This document shows positions 53,350 to 63,013 of a stretch of DNA of 64,000 nucleotides, in pieces; position 1 is the first letter of the stretch, and every line of letters starts with the position of its first letter. Position numbers and translations under genes: made by a program. A model generated the notes under the pieces. That model was not told the origin of the DNA. It ran no database searches and was given only the letters and a program-made list of their open reading frames with translations. This DNA comes from Oxalobacter sp. (GTDB taxonomy: Bacteria; Pseudomonadota; Gammaproteobacteria; Burkholderiales; Burkholderiaceae_D): assembly GCA_018384065.1 (NCBI GenBank), contig JAHAYL010000051.1, positions 840-64,839 of the forward strand, written 5' to 3'.

Positions 53350-54621
53350 GTGAAAATAACCGTATTGGGCGCAGGGATTACCGGGACAACCACTGCATGG
53401 TTCCTGCGTCAGGAAGGTCATGACGTGACCGTCATTGAACGGCGCAATGGCGCTTCCCAGGAAACCACTTTCGGCAATGCTTCCCAGATTTCGGTTTCCC
53501 ATTCTGAACCATGGTCCAATCCGGGCGCACCGTTGAAAATCCTGAAATGGCTTGGCAAGGAAGATGCCCCCCTGCTGTACCGTTTCCGGGCAGAGATGCT
53601 GCAATGGGAATGGGGCGCACGCTTCCTGCGTGAATGCACACCCGGCCGCACAGCCCATAATACCCGTCAATGCATGGCGATGGCGGATTTCAGTAAACGG
53701 ACGCTCCGCCAGCTGCGTGACGAGACAGGTATTGAATATACCTATCTCAGGCGCGGGATCATGCATTTCTATACGGACAAGTCAGATTATGAAGCATCGA
53801 AAGCCGGTGCAAAGCTGATGACTTCCTGGGGATGCCCGCGTAACACCATCACAAAAGACGAGGTTGTCCGTCTGGAACCTGCATTGGCGCCTGTCTATGA
53901 CCGGCTGGTTGGCGGGGATTTCACGCCTGATGATGAACACGGTGATTCCCGTGAATTCACCGTTGCATTGGCCAAGAAGGCGATGGAGCAGGGCGTTGAG
54001 TTCCGTTTCAATACCCAGGCGACACGCCTGCTGACGGAAGGTACAGGTGAGGATGCACGCATTGCGGCTGTGGAAATCATCAAAGACAATGGCGAGTTCG
54101 ACATCCTGAAAAGTGATGCTTTTGTCTGTTCCTTCGGCAGTTTTTCTGCGCCTTTCCTGAAACCGTTGGGCATTGACCTGATGATTTATCCGACAAAAGG
54201 CTATTCTGCCACATTCCCGGTCATCAATCCTGACAAGGCGCCATACATTTCCCTGATTGATGCAGGATACAAGCTGTGCATTTCCCGCCTTGGCAACCGT
54301 CTGCGTGTTGCCGGTACGGCTGAAATGAACGGTTACCGCCGTGAACTCAATGAGGAGCGTTGCAAGGCATTGATCCGCCGCACTTCAGAACTGTTCCCTG
54401 ATGCCTGTGATTTCAGTCAGCCGCATTTCTGGACAGGCTTCCGTCCAATGACACCGACCAATATCCCGTACATCGGCAGGACCCGCTACAAAAACCTGTA
54501 CCTGAATACAGGCCATGGCACATTGGGGTGGACAATGGGTTGTGGTTCCGGCCGTTCCATTGCAGAAATCATTTCCGGCAAGAAACCGGATGTTGATTTT
54601 GAGTTCTATGGAATGAAATAA
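53350..54621 (+). CDS. dadA: FAD-dependent D-amino acid dehydrogenase
   Basis: GAGITG, QISVSHSEPW, YPTKGYS, LRVAGTAE, WTGFRP, NTGHGTLGWTM; GTG start at 53350. Confidence 0.92.
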   Translation: MKITVLGAGITGTTTAWFLRQEGHDVTVIERRNGASQETTFGNASQISVSHSEPWSNPGAPLKILKWLGKEDAPLLYRFRAEMLQWEWGARFLRECTPGRTAHNTRQCMAMADFSKRTLRQLRDETGIEYTYLRRGIMHFYTDKSDYEASKAGAKLMTSWGCPRNTITKDEVVRLEPALAPVYDRLVGGDFTPDDEHGDSREFTVALAKKAMEQGVEFRFNTQATRLLTEGTGEDARIAAVEIIKDNGEFDILKSDAFVCSFGSFSAPFLKPLGIDLMIYPTKGYSATFPVINPDKAPYISLIDAGYKLCISRLGNRLRVAGTAEMNGYRRELNEERCKALIRRTSELFPDACDFSQPHFWTGFRPMTPTNIPYIGRTRYKNLYLNTGHGTLGWTMGCGSGRSIAEIISGKKPDVDFEFYGMK

Positions 54622-54633
54622 CCTTCGCGTGTC

Positions 54634-55029
54634 ATGGCAAAAAAAGCAGGAAATACAGTTGCCGCATGTCCGTGCGGCGGTTCTTCTTTTCAGGAATGCT
54701 GTGCGCCTTATCTGGAAGGCGGGGTTCCCGCACCGACAGCATTGGCATTGATGCGTTCCCGTTACAGTGCCTTTGTCTTGGGCAACGAAGGTTACCTGCG
54801 TGAAACCTGGCTGGCGAAGAACCGGCCTTCCGGCACCATCATCGAGAAGAAAGACCCAGTTAAATGGGTCGGACTCAAAATCATCCGCCATCAGGAACTG
54901 GGTGACCGTGCAACGGTTGAATTCATTGCCAGTTACAAACGCAACGGCAGGATGATGAAACTGCATGAAAACAGCCTGTTTATCAGGGAAAACGGTCATT
55001 GGTATTATGTTGACGGGACTTTTTTCTGA
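54634..55029 (+). CDS. ychJ: YchJ/UPF0225 family protein with SEC-C-like motif
   Basis: CPCGG...CC, LMRSRYSAF, HENSLF, WYYVDG. Confidence 0.9.
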   Translation: MAKKAGNTVAACPCGGSSFQECCAPYLEGGVPAPTALALMRSRYSAFVLGNEGYLRETWLAKNRPSGTIIEKKDPVKWVGLKIIRHQELGDRATVEFIASYKRNGRMMKLHENSLFIRENGHWYYVDGTFF

Positions 55030-55035
55030 TAGGCC

Positions 55036-56391
55036 ATGACAATCCAGGATTCAAACATGACGACTGCATCTGAACTGTGGGCGGCAAGGAGCCGGAAAAG
55101 TGTCTGGCATCCGTGCACCCAGATGAAACACCATGAGACTTTGCCGCTGCTTGCCGTGAAAAGTGGCAAGGGCGTCTGGCTTCACGACCAGGATGGCAGG
55201 CGGTATTTCGATGCCATCAGTTCTTGGTGGACCAATCTGTTCGGCCATGCCAATCCCTATATCGGTAAAGCGTTGAAAGAACAGCTGGATACCCTTGAGC
55301 ATGCAATGCTTGCTGGCTGTACCCATGAACCGGTTGTCGAGCTGTCAGAAAGACTCTCAGACCTGACGGGCGGCAGGCTCGGACACTGTTTCTTTGGTTC
55401 AGACGGTGCTTCAGCTATTGAGATTGCCCTGAAAATGAGCTTCCATTTCTGGAAGAACACAGGTTATCCAGAAAAGCAGGAATTCATCTGCCTGGAACAC
55501 AGTTACCATGGCGAAACCATTGGTGCGTTGTCCGTGACGGATGTTGTCCTGTTCAAGGATGCTTATGCGCCGCTTATCCGTAACGCCAATTTAGTACCTT
55601 CCCCTGATCCACGCTTTGCGGAACCAAGAGAGACTGATAAGGATGTCGCCCTCAGGGCGGCTGACAGGCTTGAGGACCTGCTGAAAGAAAAGGCTGACAG
55701 GATTTCTGCCGTTATCGTTGAGCCCTTGGTGCAGTGTGCGGCAGGATTCATCATGTACCATCCCGTCTATCTGAAGCGGGTTCGGGAACTCTGTGACCGT
55801 TACCATGTCCATATGATTGCCGATGAGATTGCGGTTGGCATGGGGCGGACCGGCTCTTTCTTTGCCTGTGACCAGGCAGATATCCGTCCTGACCTGCTGT
55901 GCCTTTCCAAAGGGATTACCGGCGGTTTCCTGCCTTTGTCGCTGGTCATGGTGACTGATGCCATTTACCGGGCGTTCTATGACGATGATGTGACCCGTGG
56001 ATTCCTGCATTCCCATTCTTATACCGGGAATCCATTGGCATGCCGTGCGGCATTGGCTGTCTTGGAACTGTTTGAGAAGAATGAGGTCATTGCCCGTAAC
56101 CGGCAGCTGTCTGACGTGATGACCAAGGCGTTGGAACCAGTCTGCCAGCATGGCAAGGTACATCATTTCCGCAATAAGGGCATGATCTGGGCATTTGATG
56201 TGGATATGACACAGGAAGAGCAGGCCTTGTTTCCCCGCAGGTTTTTCCAAACGGCACTCAGGCAGGAGGTCTTGATGCGCCCTATTGGCAATACAGTCTA
56301 TCTGATGCCGCCTTATGTGATGACAGCGGAAGAGGCTGTCTGGCTGGCTGACAGGGTGAAATCCGTGTTGTATGAGGTGGTGGGTGTATGA
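55036..56391 (+). CDS. bioA: Adenosylmethionine-8-amino-7-oxononanoate aminotransferase
   Basis: WHPCTQM, DAISSWW, YHGET, DEIAVG, LSKG, HSHSYTGN. Confidence 0.97.
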   Translation: MTIQDSNMTTASELWAARSRKSVWHPCTQMKHHETLPLLAVKSGKGVWLHDQDGRRYFDAISSWWTNLFGHANPYIGKALKEQLDTLEHAMLAGCTHEPVVELSERLSDLTGGRLGHCFFGSDGASAIEIALKMSFHFWKNTGYPEKQEFICLEHSYHGETIGALSVTDVVLFKDAYAPLIRNANLVPSPDPRFAEPRETDKDVALRAADRLEDLLKEKADRISAVIVEPLVQCAAGFIMYHPVYLKRVRELCDRYHVHMIADEIAVGMGRTGSFFACDQADIRPDLLCLSKGITGGFLPLSLVMVTDAIYRAFYDDDVTRGFLHSHSYTGNPLACRAALAVLELFEKNEVIARNRQLSDVMTKALEPVCQHGKVHHFRNKGMIWAFDVDMTQEEQALFPRRFFQTALRQEVLMRPIGNTVYLMPPYVMTAEEAVWLADRVKSVLYEVVGV

Positions 56392-57074
56392 CGGGACCTG
56401 CTTATTTCATTACGGGGACAGATACCGGAATCGGGAAAACGACATTATCCTCAGTGATTGTCCGTGCCTTGGTTGCCAAAGGAATCAGGACTGCCACAAT
56501 GAAGCCTGTTGCCGCCGGTGCGGTAATGGTGGATGGTGCCCTGCATAATGAAGATGTGGATATACTGGTTTCTGCCGCCAATGTTGCCCTGCCAACAGGA
56601 CTTGTCTGCCCTTATCTGCTCCGTACACCTGTCTCGCCCAACCTCTCTGCAATGCAGGATGGCAGGGCAATCGATATTCCACATATTGTTGACTGTTACC
56701 GGAAAATCCGCCAGAAGGCTGACGCCGTCATTGTCGAGGGGGTGGGCGGGTTCCTGGTGCCTTTTTCCAGGAACACCTCAAGTGCTGACTTGGCGGAACA
56801 GCTGGAACTGCCGGTCATCATGGTCGTTGGGTTGAAGCTGGGATGCATCAGCCACGCACTGCTGACGGCAGAAGCCGTCCGCGCCCGTGGGTTGACATTG
56901 GCGGGCTGGATTGCCAACCGTGTCAATCCAGACATGGCATTCAGTGATGGTAATATTGAGACCTTGGAAAATTGGCTGGAGGCACCAAGACTCGGAACCA
57001 TGCCGTATCTCAAGTCATTTGAAGGGGCAGGACATTATCTGGACCTGAGTCTTTTGCCTGGGTGGCCTAAATAA
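56388..57074 (+). CDS. bioD: Dethiobiotin synthase
   Basis: [29 protein letters not shown]. Confidence 0.97.
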   Translation: MTGPAYFITGTDTGIGKTTLSSVIVRALVAKGIRTATMKPVAAGAVMVDGALHNEDVDILVSAANVALPTGLVCPYLLRTPVSPNLSAMQDGRAIDIPHIVDCYRKIRQKADAVIVEGVGGFLVPFSRNTSSADLAEQLELPVIMVVGLKLGCISHALLTAEAVRARGLTLAGWIANRVNPDMAFSDGNIETLENWLEAPRLGTMPYLKSFEGAGHYLDLSLLPGWPK

Positions 57075-57088
57075 AGAACGATACAATC

Positions 57089-58138
57089 ATGACATCACAA
57101 CCAATCCATTTTTACCGTCCGTCTGAAACGGCTGACCTGCCAGAACCTGAAGTCTGGCCGGTGAAGGAGATTCTTGAACTGTACGAGCTGCCTTTCACAG
57201 AATTGATGTTCCGTGCCCAGGAAGTGCACCGGGCGAATTTCCCTTCAGGCCAGGTTGAGTTGAATTCCCTGATTTCGCTGAAAACGGGAGCCTGCACGGA
57301 AGACTGCGGTTATTGTCCACAGTCCATCCATCACAACACCGATGTGACACCGAGCAAGATGCTGGATATGGAAACCATCCTTGCTGCGGCACGCCGTGCG
57401 AAGGAGCTGGGGGCGAACCGTTTCTGTATGGGGGCATCGGGCCGTTCACCGAATGACCGGGATTTCAAGAAATACCTTGAAATCGTCCGTGCGGTGAAGG
57501 CGCTGGGTCTTGAAACCTGCATGACCTTGGGGATGCTCAAGGAAGAACAGGCACAGCAGCTGAAAGAAGCGGGATTGGACTATTACAACCATAATCTGGA
57601 TACTTCTCCCGATTATTACAATACAATCATCTCGACGCGGAGTTACAAGGACCGTCTAGATACATTGGGACGTGTCCGTAAAGCCGGTATCAAGGTCTGT
57701 TGCGGCGGCATCATCGGCATGGGGGAAAGCCGCGAACAGCGTGCGGCTCTGCTTTCACAGCTGGCAAACCTCAACCCGTATCCTGAAGCGGTGCCGATCA
57801 ATCATCTGATTCCAATCAAGGGGACTCCCTTGGAAAACATGAAACCGCTTGATCCATTGGAGTTTGTCCGCACGATTGCTGTAGCGCGCATCATCATGCC
57901 ACAGGCGAAAGTCCGCATGTCTGCCGGCAGGGCAGAATTGGGCGAAGCCATTCAGGCACTGTGCTTCCTGGCAGGTGCAAATTCCATTTTCTATGGTGAG
58001 AAACTGCTGACTACCGACAATGCAGATGCAGCTGAAGACCGTGCATTATTGGCGAAATTGGGACTGAAGCCGTTTGAGGCGACGGATGTCAAAGCCCGTA
58101 TGCCAGGGTTGCCAGAGCATGACCACCATGACCATTGA
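57089..58138 (+). CDS. bioB: Biotin synthase
   Basis: Radical [38 protein letters not shown]. Confidence 0.98.
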   Translation: MTSQPIHFYRPSETADLPEPEVWPVKEILELYELPFTELMFRAQEVHRANFPSGQVELNSLISLKTGACTEDCGYCPQSIHHNTDVTPSKMLDMETILAAARRAKELGANRFCMGASGRSPNDRDFKKYLEIVRAVKALGLETCMTLGMLKEEQAQQLKEAGLDYYNHNLDTSPDYYNTIISTRSYKDRLDTLGRVRKAGIKVCCGGIIGMGESREQRAALLSQLANLNPYPEAVPINHLIPIKGTPLENMKPLDPLEFVRTIAVARIIMPQAKVRMSAGRAELGEAIQALCFLAGANSIFYGEKLLTTDNADAAEDRALLAKLGLKPFEATDVKARMPGLPEHDHHDH

Positions 58139-59060
58139 GATCCTTTATCACAATGAAGGGGAAGACCCGGATGAATGGCTGCCTGCATTGAGGGCGGCAT
58201 TGCCAGAGGCCAATATCCGGCAATGGCAGGCTGGCGATACTGCGCCAGCAGACTATGCCCTTGTCTGGCATCCTCCGGAAGGCCTGTTGGAAAACAGAAA
58301 AGGATTGAAGGCGGTTTTCAATCTTGCAGCAGGAGTCGATGCCCTGCTTGCATCGGGGGCTGTTCCTGAGGATGTACCGGTTTTCCGGCTGGAAGATGCC
58401 GGCATGGCTATCCAGATTGCTGAATATGCCGTGTATGCTGTCTTGAGGTTTTTCCGGCGGTTTGATGGATATGCCAGGTTGCAGGAACGGCGGGAATGGG
58501 GATTCCTGCCACCTTATAGCCGGAAAGATTTCACAGTCGGTATCATGGGGATGGGTGTGATGGGGAAAGCCGTCGCAGAAAAGCTCAAACCTTTCGGCTT
58601 TCCTGTCAAAGGCTGGAGCCGTACCCCCAAACAGATTGAAGGTGTCACCTGCTGTCATGGCAAGGCAGGATTGGCAGATTTCCTGAAAGACCTGAAAGTC
58701 CTGGTCTGCCTGTTGCCAAAGACCCCTGAGACCGTCCAAATCCTCAATGCCGGTCTCTTTGAAAGGCTGCCTGATGGTGCTTTTGTGGTGAATCTGGGAC
58801 GGGGAGGCCTGTTGGATGAGAAAGACCTGCTGAAGGGGCTGGAAACAGGGAAAATCCGTGCCGCTGTCCTTGATGTGACAGCAGTCGAGCCGTTGCCGGA
58901 AGACCATCCTTTCTGGGGACATCCAGACATCACCATCACACCGCATATCGCAGGACTGACATACTGTGAGGAAACCGTTGCTGTGGTCGCGGAAAGCATC
59001 CGCCAGCTGGAATGTGGGAAAACACCTTCCGGTCTGGTAGACCGCAACTTGGGTTACTGA
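58128..59060 (+). CDS. ghrA: Glyoxylate/hydroxypyruvate reductase A (D-2-hydroxyacid dehydrogenase family)
   Basis: AAGVD, RLEDAGM, GMGVMG, GWSRT, NLGRG, EPL, TPHIAG. Confidence 0.9.
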   Translation: MTIEILYHNEGEDPDEWLPALRAALPEANIRQWQAGDTAPADYALVWHPPEGLLENRKGLKAVFNLAAGVDALLASGAVPEDVPVFRLEDAGMAIQIAEYAVYAVLRFFRRFDGYARLQERREWGFLPPYSRKDFTVGIMGMGVMGKAVAEKLKPFGFPVKGWSRTPKQIEGVTCCHGKAGLADFLKDLKVLVCLLPKTPETVQILNAGLFERLPDGAFVVNLGRGGLLDEKDLLKGLETGKIRAAVLDVTAVEPLPEDHPFWGHPDITITPHIAGLTYCEETVAVVAESIRQLECGKTPSGLVDRNLGY

Positions 59061-59147
59061 GTAGGAAACGTGACAAGAGGAAGTCTTGGATGTGTAAATG
59101 GCATTAAGGTTGCCGCTGTATAATCTTGTGCCTGATGGACAAAACAA

Positions 59148-59322
59148 AACCCCGCCTGTGCCGTAATACCTCATCTTGAACCAAGCGGTTCAAGTGGTCG
59201 CAGTTAGCGGGACTTTGGGTCCATCGAACGAGCGATGTTCTCACCTATCCAGCAAATTTCCGCAACCTGTATCAATTATGGTTCAAAGAATATATGGTAT
59301 AAGTCGAACACTGCAGGGCAAT
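59148..59322 (-). ncRNA. ssrS: 6S RNA
   Basis: Minus strand CCCTGCAGTGTTCG...CTTGAACCGCTTGGTTCAAG...CGGCACAGGCGGGG resembles the 6S consensus, 5' and 3' ends pair, and it lies directly downstream of zapA. Ends approximate. Confidence 0.9.
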
Positions 59323-59361
59323 TCCAGTCTAACGCATCAGAATCTGCTGTCAACTGTTTTC

Positions 59362-59658
59362 TTATGGCTGGATGGCAGAGTCGATGATACGCGTCATGGC
59401 ATCCACTTTCTGGCGGAGTTCCGCCAGTGCTGCTTCTGACAGGGGGGCATCTGGCGATTTGAGCGTCAGCAGCTCAGCTGCCATGCTGAGGCAGACCATG
59501 ACAGCGATACGGTCAGTCCCGCGGATTTTGCCAGCATCACGGATTGCACGCATTTTCCCATCGACATAGGCGACAGCCTGACGCAGTTTGCCTTCCTCTT
59601 CATCCCGGCAGGACAGCCGGTAGGCCTGTCCCATGATGGAGACATCCAATTGACTCAT
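59362..59658 (-). CDS. zapA: Cell division protein ZapA
   Basis: VSIMGQAYRLSC, VDGKMRAIR, RIAVM; followed by 6S RNA. Confidence 0.93.
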   Translation of the reverse strand: MSQLDVSIMGQAYRLSCRDEEEGKLRQAVAYVDGKMRAIRDAGKIRGTDRIAVMVCLSMAAELLTLKSPDAPLSEAALAELRQKVDAMTRIIDSAIQP

Positions 59659-59867
59659 TCTGTGCTTCCTCCTGTTTCAGCAGGCAGTCTCTCGATGATG
59701 GCCGCAACTTTCTGACGGGCGGCTTCCATCCTTTCAATCAGCTGCTGTTTTTCCTGTTTCAGGGATTCTGCTTGGGTTTTCAGTGTGGCATTTTCCTGTT
59801 TGAGTGTTTGTGTCAGTGTCACGAGACCGTTGATTTTTTCGGCCAGCAAGTCCAGTTCTGAAATCAT
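59655..59867 (-). CDS. ZapB-like coiled-coil protein (DUF904/TIGR02449-like)
   Basis: Heptad pattern over 70 aa; overlaps the zapA start. Confidence 0.75.
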   Translation of the reverse strand: MISELDLLAEKINGLVTLTQTLKQENATLKTQAESLKQEKQQLIERMEAARQKVAAIIERLPAETGGSTE

Positions 59868-60055
59868 AGTTGAAAGTTCCGTATTGGTTGTCGCGGATAC
59901 CCATGCAGGTGTGGTTGCATGGCATTGCTGTGTTGTGTACTATCTGTATCCAGATTTTACCCTCCCTTCAGTCGATATTCTGAAATTTTTTTATCAAGAC
60001 AGCACTTTTTTCTGGGGTTGCCTGTCGCTGGAGGGCTTTTCTTTCTTTGATGATT

Positions 60056-60739
60056 ATGGATTCACAGGGTCTTTCCTCAAAAAAACCGGTTGTCATCACG
60101 ATTGATGGACCGACTGCCTCCGGCAAAGGGACGGTTGCGCAGCATCTGGCAGATAAACTTGGATTCCATTATCTGGATTCCGGTGCGTTGTACCGTCTGA
60201 CAGCCCTTTCAGCCTTGCGTGCCAAGGTTGCGCTTGATGATATGGAAACCATTGCCGATATGGCGAAGTCACTGCCGTGTGCTTTCAGGCAGGGAAGGAT
60301 TCTGCTTGCAGGAGAGGATGTCACTGACAGTATCCGTGCTGAAGAGGTGGGCAATACCGCATCGAAAATCGCCGCTTATCAGCCTGTGCGTGATGCGTTG
60401 AAAGCATTGCAGGTCAGTTTCCGTCAGCCGCCAGGCCTTGTTACAGATGGCAGGGATATGGGGACAGTGATTTTTCCAGATGCCGACTTGAAGGTTTTCC
60501 TGACGGCAAGTGTGGCTGTCCGTGCAGAAAGACGTTATAAACAGTTGTTGGAAAAAGGATTTCCTGCTAACATTGATACCCTTCGCAAAGATTTGGAAGA
60601 CCGTGATAAACGGGATTCTGAAAGGAAGTCATCGCCCCTGAGGCCTGCTGCCGATGCGGTGATGCTGGATACGTCTTTCTTGGGCATTGATGAATCTGTC
60701 CAATGTATCCTTGATGCCTGCGCGGAGAAAAAGATTTGA
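60056..60739 (+). CDS. cmk: Cytidylate kinase
   Basis: [39 protein letters not shown]. Start uncertain (60050 or 60056). Confidence 0.97.
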   Translation: MDSQGLSSKKPVVITIDGPTASGKGTVAQHLADKLGFHYLDSGALYRLTALSALRAKVALDDMETIADMAKSLPCAFRQGRILLAGEDVTDSIRAEEVGNTASKIAAYQPVRDALKALQVSFRQPPGLVTDGRDMGTVIFPDADLKVFLTASVAVRAERRYKQLLEKGFPANIDTLRKDLEDRDKRDSERKSSPLRPAADAVMLDTSFLGIDESVQCILDACAEKKI

Positions 60740-60849
60740 CAGTCCTTTCAAGGACTGTTCCCGGTCCCCAAAAGACGCAATGTCTTTTGGGTTTTTTAAC
60801 CTGACCCGGCTTGTCCCAAAAGGACACCGGCTTTTCGTTATAAGTAAAT
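60739..60849 (+). promoter_or_regulatory. Structured cmk-rpsA spacer with three hairpins, the second terminator-like
   Basis: Stems at 60739-60758, 60767-60791 (followed by T6) and 60806-60830; no SD before the rpsA ATG. Confidence 0.65.
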
Positions 60850-62550
60850 ATGCCTACTGCATCTGTTCCAGAAAAGGAAAGTTTTGCCGCTTTATTTGAA
60901 GAATCCCTCGCACGTCATGATATGCGTTCGGGAGAAGTTATCTCTGCTGAAGTTGTCCGTATTGACCACAATTTTGTCGTTGTCAATGCAGGGCTGAAAT
61001 CTGAAGCTTTCATTCCTATCGATGAATTCAAGAACGACATCGGTGAAATCGAAGTCAATGTCGGTGATTTTGTCTCTGTAGCCATCGAATCCCTTGAAAA
61101 CGGTTTTGGTGACACCATCCTGTCCCGTGACAAAGCCAAACGCCTGGCTTCCTGGCTGGCTCTTGAAAAGGCAATGGAATCCGGTGAAATCGTTACCGGC
61201 GTTGTCAATGGCAAGGTCAAGGGTGGCCTGACTGTCCTGACCAATGGCATCCGTGCTTTCCTGCCTGGTTCACTGGTTGACACCCGTCCAGTGAAAGACA
61301 CCACGCCTTATGAAGGCAAGACCCTTGAATTCAAGGTCATCAAGCTTGACCGCAAGCGCAACAACGTTGTCCTGTCCCGCCGTGCTGTTGTTGAAGCATC
61401 CATGGGCGAAGAACGTGCGAAACTGATGGAAAGCCTGAAAGAAGGCACCATCATCACCGGTATCGTCAAGAACATCACCGATTATGGTGCATTCATCGAC
61501 CTGGGCGGTATTGATGGCCTGCTGCACATCACTGACCTGGCATGGCGCCGTGTCCGTCATCCATCTGAAATGCTGACCGTCGGTCAGGAAATCCAGGCGA
61601 AGGTCCTGAAATACGATCAGGAAAAGAACAGGGTTTCCCTCGGTGTCAAACAGCTGGGCGACGATCCATGGACTGGTCTGTCCCGCCGTTATCCAAAGGG
61701 CACCCGCCTGTTCGGGAAGGTCACCAACCTGACCGACTATGGTGCTTTTGTTGAAGTTGAACAGGGTATCGAAGGGCTGGTCCACGTTTCTGAAATGGAT
61801 TGGACCAATAAGAATGTCGCTCCTGGCAAAGTGGTCAAACTGGGTGACGAAGTTGAAGTCATGGTTCTGGAAATCGACGAAGAACGCCGTCGTATCAGCT
61901 TGGGCATGAAGCAGTGCAAACCAAATCCATGGGAAGAATTTGCAGAAACCCACAAGAAGGGCGACAAGGTCAAGGGTGCCATCAAGTCCATCACTGACTT
62001 CGGTGTCTTCATCGGCCTGCCTGGCAATATCGATGGTCTGGTCCATCTGTCTGACCTGTCTTGGACTGAACCGGGCGAAACCGCTGTCCACAATTTCAAG
62101 AAAGGCGATGAACTGGAAGCTGTTGTCTTGGCCATCGATGTTGACCGCGAACGTGTTTCCCTGGGTGTCAAGCAGCTTGAAGGCGATCCATTCAGCAATT
62201 ACATTGCCATGAATGACCGTGGTTCCATCGTGACCGGTACCGTCAAGTCTGTTGAACCGAAAGGCGCTGTCATCCAGCTGACTGAAGATGTTGAAGGTTA
62301 CCTCCGTGCTTCCGAAATCTCCAGTGACCGCGTTGAAGATGCAGGTTCACAGCTGAAGGAAGGACAGTCTGTCGATGTGATGATCATCAACATTGACCGT
62401 AAATCCCGTACCCTGCAGCTGTCCATCAAGGCTAAGGACCAGCAGGAAACCCAGGCAGCCATCAAGAAGATCCAGGACGATTCTTCCGCTGCATCTGGTA
62501 TGACCAGCCTGGGCGCACTGCTGAAAGCTAAATTCGACAACAAGCAGTAA
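60850..62550 (+). CDS. rpsA: 30S ribosomal protein S1
   Basis: [10 protein letters not shown], six S1 repeats ([24 protein letters not shown]). Confidence 0.99.
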   Translation: MPTASVPEKESFAALFEESLARHDMRSGEVISAEVVRIDHNFVVVNAGLKSEAFIPIDEFKNDIGEIEVNVGDFVSVAIESLENGFGDTILSRDKAKRLASWLALEKAMESGEIVTGVVNGKVKGGLTVLTNGIRAFLPGSLVDTRPVKDTTPYEGKTLEFKVIKLDRKRNNVVLSRRAVVEASMGEERAKLMESLKEGTIITGIVKNITDYGAFIDLGGIDGLLHITDLAWRRVRHPSEMLTVGQEIQAKVLKYDQEKNRVSLGVKQLGDDPWTGLSRRYPKGTRLFGKVTNLTDYGAFVEVEQGIEGLVHVSEMDWTNKNVAPGKVVKLGDEVEVMVLEIDEERRRISLGMKQCKPNPWEEFAETHKKGDKVKGAIKSITDFGVFIGLPGNIDGLVHLSDLSWTEPGETAVHNFKKGDELEAVVLAIDVDRERVSLGVKQLEGDPFSNYIAMNDRGSIVTGTVKSVEPKGAVIQLTEDVEGYLRASEISSDRVEDAGSQLKEGQSVDVMIINIDRKSRTLQLSIKAKDQQETQAAIKKIQDDSSAASGMTSLGALLKAKFDNKQ

Positions 62551-62562
62551 TCAGGAAAAAAG

Positions 62563-62856
62563 ATGACAAAATCCGAATTGATCATCTCCCTCGCCAACAG
62601 CTATCCACAGCTGTTGGCAAAAGATGCTGAACTGACGGTGAAAACCATCCTTGATGCCATGGCTCAGGCCTTGGCAGGTGGTAAACGTATTGAAATTCGG
62701 GGTTTTGGCAGTTTTGCACTGAGTGTCCGTCCACCACGCGTTGGACGTAATCCCCGTTCTGGTGAAAAAGTGATGGTTGCTGAAAAGCGTGTCCCTCATT
62801 TCAAGCCTGGCAAGGAACTGCGCTACCGCGTTGATCTGGGCGTCAAGTCAGAATGA
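62563..62856 (+). CDS. ihfB: Integration host factor subunit beta
   Basis: [34 protein letters not shown]. Confidence 0.98.
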   Translation: MTKSELIISLANSYPQLLAKDAELTVKTILDAMAQALAGGKRIEIRGFGSFALSVRPPRVGRNPRSGEKVMVAEKRVPHFKPGKELRYRVDLGVKSE

Positions 62857-62878
62857 TCTGATTTCTTAGGTTCAGCGG

Positions 62879-62906
62879 AAAAGGGCATCTTCGGATGCCC
62901 TTTTTT
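62879..62906 (+). terminator. Intrinsic terminator after ihfB
   Basis: AAAAGGGCATC-TTCG-GATGCCCTTTT-TT. Confidence 0.85.
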
Positions 62907-63013
62907 ACATCGGGCCAACTTTTTTCCTTTACAATATCCTTTTCCCTGAAACACAGGATAGGACGGTCAGGCATCCTGCGCCTGAATGTTATGGTTTTTG
63001 ATGGCATCATCTT

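Noticed and set aside
59868-60050. Cobalamin riboswitch or sRNA in the zapB-like/cmk spacer
   Set aside because: Several short stems exist, but no B12-box or other recognisable motif; compatible with ordinary divergent promoters.
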